A stretch of 63,326 bases of DNA, the filler included, from Octopus bimaculoides (taxonomy: Eukaryota), in assembly GCF_001194135.2 (NCBI RefSeq). It is 2 parts of 2 records of this genome, joined end to end, with 100 filler letters (N's around TTAATTAATTAA, not from the genome) between each part and the next. Parts side by side here need not be neighbours in the genome. Positions count along the whole stretch, not along the records: positions 32,048 to 63,326 come from NC_069004.1; 1 more part is not named here. One strand, given 5' to 3'. A model generated the notes under the pieces. The model worked only from the letters and a program-made list of their open reading frames with translations, was not told the DNA's origin and did not search any database. Position numbers and translations under genes: made by a program. Below are positions 61,931 through 63,326 of the stretch, piece by piece. Position 1 is the first letter of the stretch; the number at the start of each line of letters is the position of its first letter.

Positions 61931-62583
61931 ATGATGGGCAGGGGTGGTTGTAGAGGGGGGTATCATTGGATGGTATGTTGTGAGAAGGGGTCTCCACTGA
62001 TGGATGGCTGGTGTTCCTGGGTGGTAGTAGTGGGGGGTGGAGGGAAACTGTAGTCACTCCCCGTCATACCCTGACCCTACCNNNNNNNNNNNNNNNNNNN
62101 NNNNNNNNNNNNNNNNNNNNNNNNNNNNNNNNNNNNNNNNNNNNNNNNNNNNNNNNNNNNNNNNNNNNNNNNNNNNNNNNNNNNNNNNNNNNNNNNNNNN
62201 NNNNNNNNNNNNNNNNNNNNNNNNNNNNNNNNNNNNNNNNNNNNNNNNNNNNNNNNNNNNNNNNNNNNNNNNNNNNNNNNNNNNNNNNNNNNNNNNNNNN
62301 NNNNNNNNNNNNNNNNNNNNNNNNNNNNNNNNNNNNNNNNNNNNNNNNNNNNNNNNNNNNNNNNNNNNNNNNNNNNNNNNNNNNNNNNNNNNNNNNNNNN
62401 NNNNNNNNNNNNNNNNNNNNNNNNNNNNNNNNNNNNNNNNNNNNNNNNNNNNNNNNNNNNNNNNNNNNNNNNNNNNNNNNNNNNNNNNNNNNNNNNNNNN
62501 NNNNNNNNNNNNNNNNNNNNNNNNNNNNNNNNNNNNNNNNNNNNNNNNNNNNNNNNNNNNNNNNNNNNNNNNNNNNNNNNNNN

Positions 62584-62625
<42 letters not shown>

Positions 62626-63236
62626 CTTACATGCACATACATACATACATACGTACACATATTCATCCCTCAATAGCAGTTTACTCCTCTGATCCATTCT
62701 GCATCTAATCATGATACGACCGGCATTCATAAAGGTTTGGATTTATTTTCTCATTCAGTATTTATGGTGCAACGCATCATCATCATCATCATTATAATAT
62801 TCACGTTTCCATGCTTTCACTGGTCAGACGGAATTTGTCAAGGTATATTTTTCTATGGTCAATTGCGTGGCTGTGTGGTTAAGAAGTTAGCTTTATAATC
62901 TTTGAGTTCTGGGTTCATTCTTACTGTGCTGTACCTCGATCAAGTGGCTTCTGTTTATAGCCCCGGGAAGCTACGTGGAAGCACATTGTGTTTCTGTTTA
63001 TATATCGATCTAAAGGAAAACAGAAATATTGATACACTCCTGTTTATTCCTATCATTACCTCTTATTTCTGAGCTTTAACACCAATGGCCATGATTAATT
63101 ATAGGTAATACACCTGTGGATTCATAGCGTACAATTGTTATTACCTTTAACTTAACCTCACCTATATATCTATCTATATATATTTCACTGGCAGTGCCCG
63201 AGCATGGCCACAACCTTAGGGCTGAAATGCATCAAA

Positions 63237-63273
<37 letters not shown>

Positions 63274-63326
63274 TGTATATCTGTCTATGTATATATATAT
63301 TTGTATATGTATATATATATATATAT

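Larger units (their letters stand above)
1096..62583. other. Assembly gaps (N runs), almost all flanked by microsatellites
   Basis: Main gaps: 1096-1590, 2253-3079, 8155-9036, 13533-14206, 15603-16179, 16998-17272, 21410-21786, 22870-23570, 24456-25452, 30418-30747, 34468-35083, 36209-36394, 56476-57143, 62082-62583. Confidence 0.95.

Noticed and set aside
1-63326. ORFs rich in YI, HT, CV, LS, poly-H/N/S or X in the ORF track
   Set aside because: They are translations of microsatellites or N gaps, not genes

Overview
AT-rich, microsatellite-saturated eukaryotic draft-assembly DNA with many N gaps. The repeat complement looks like an octopod (Octopus-type) genome; this is an inference from repeat families, not a database result. 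No intact protein-coding gene, rRNA, true tRNA or CRISPR array can be supported, and nearly all ORFs in the track are translated microsatellites or gaps. The window contains dozens of tRNA-derived SINE copies from about five modular families, R4/Dong-, RTE- and CR1-like LINE fragments, three mariner relics, piggyBac-type (TTAA) MITEs, a hAT MITE with three tandem left ends, a TGTT...AACA solo LTR with a 5-bp TSD, and Penelope-like ends carrying minimal hammerhead-ribozyme motifs. An artificial TTAATTAATTAA linker at 31992-32003 separates a CpG-retaining left half from a largely CpG-decayed right half. The best second-look items are: (i) four co-oriented CTCF-like motifs at 45.19-45.53 kb that hold the only four CpGs in that 360 bp; (ii) a recurrent 'direct repeat - long foldback hairpin - short tail - direct repeat' insertion architecture at 47.4 and 52.3 kb, probably also 35.9-36.7 kb; (iii) the hammerhead motifs; (iv) several candidate minus-strand exons or decayed reading frames. 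Most SINE and fragment boundaries are approximate (read by eye).
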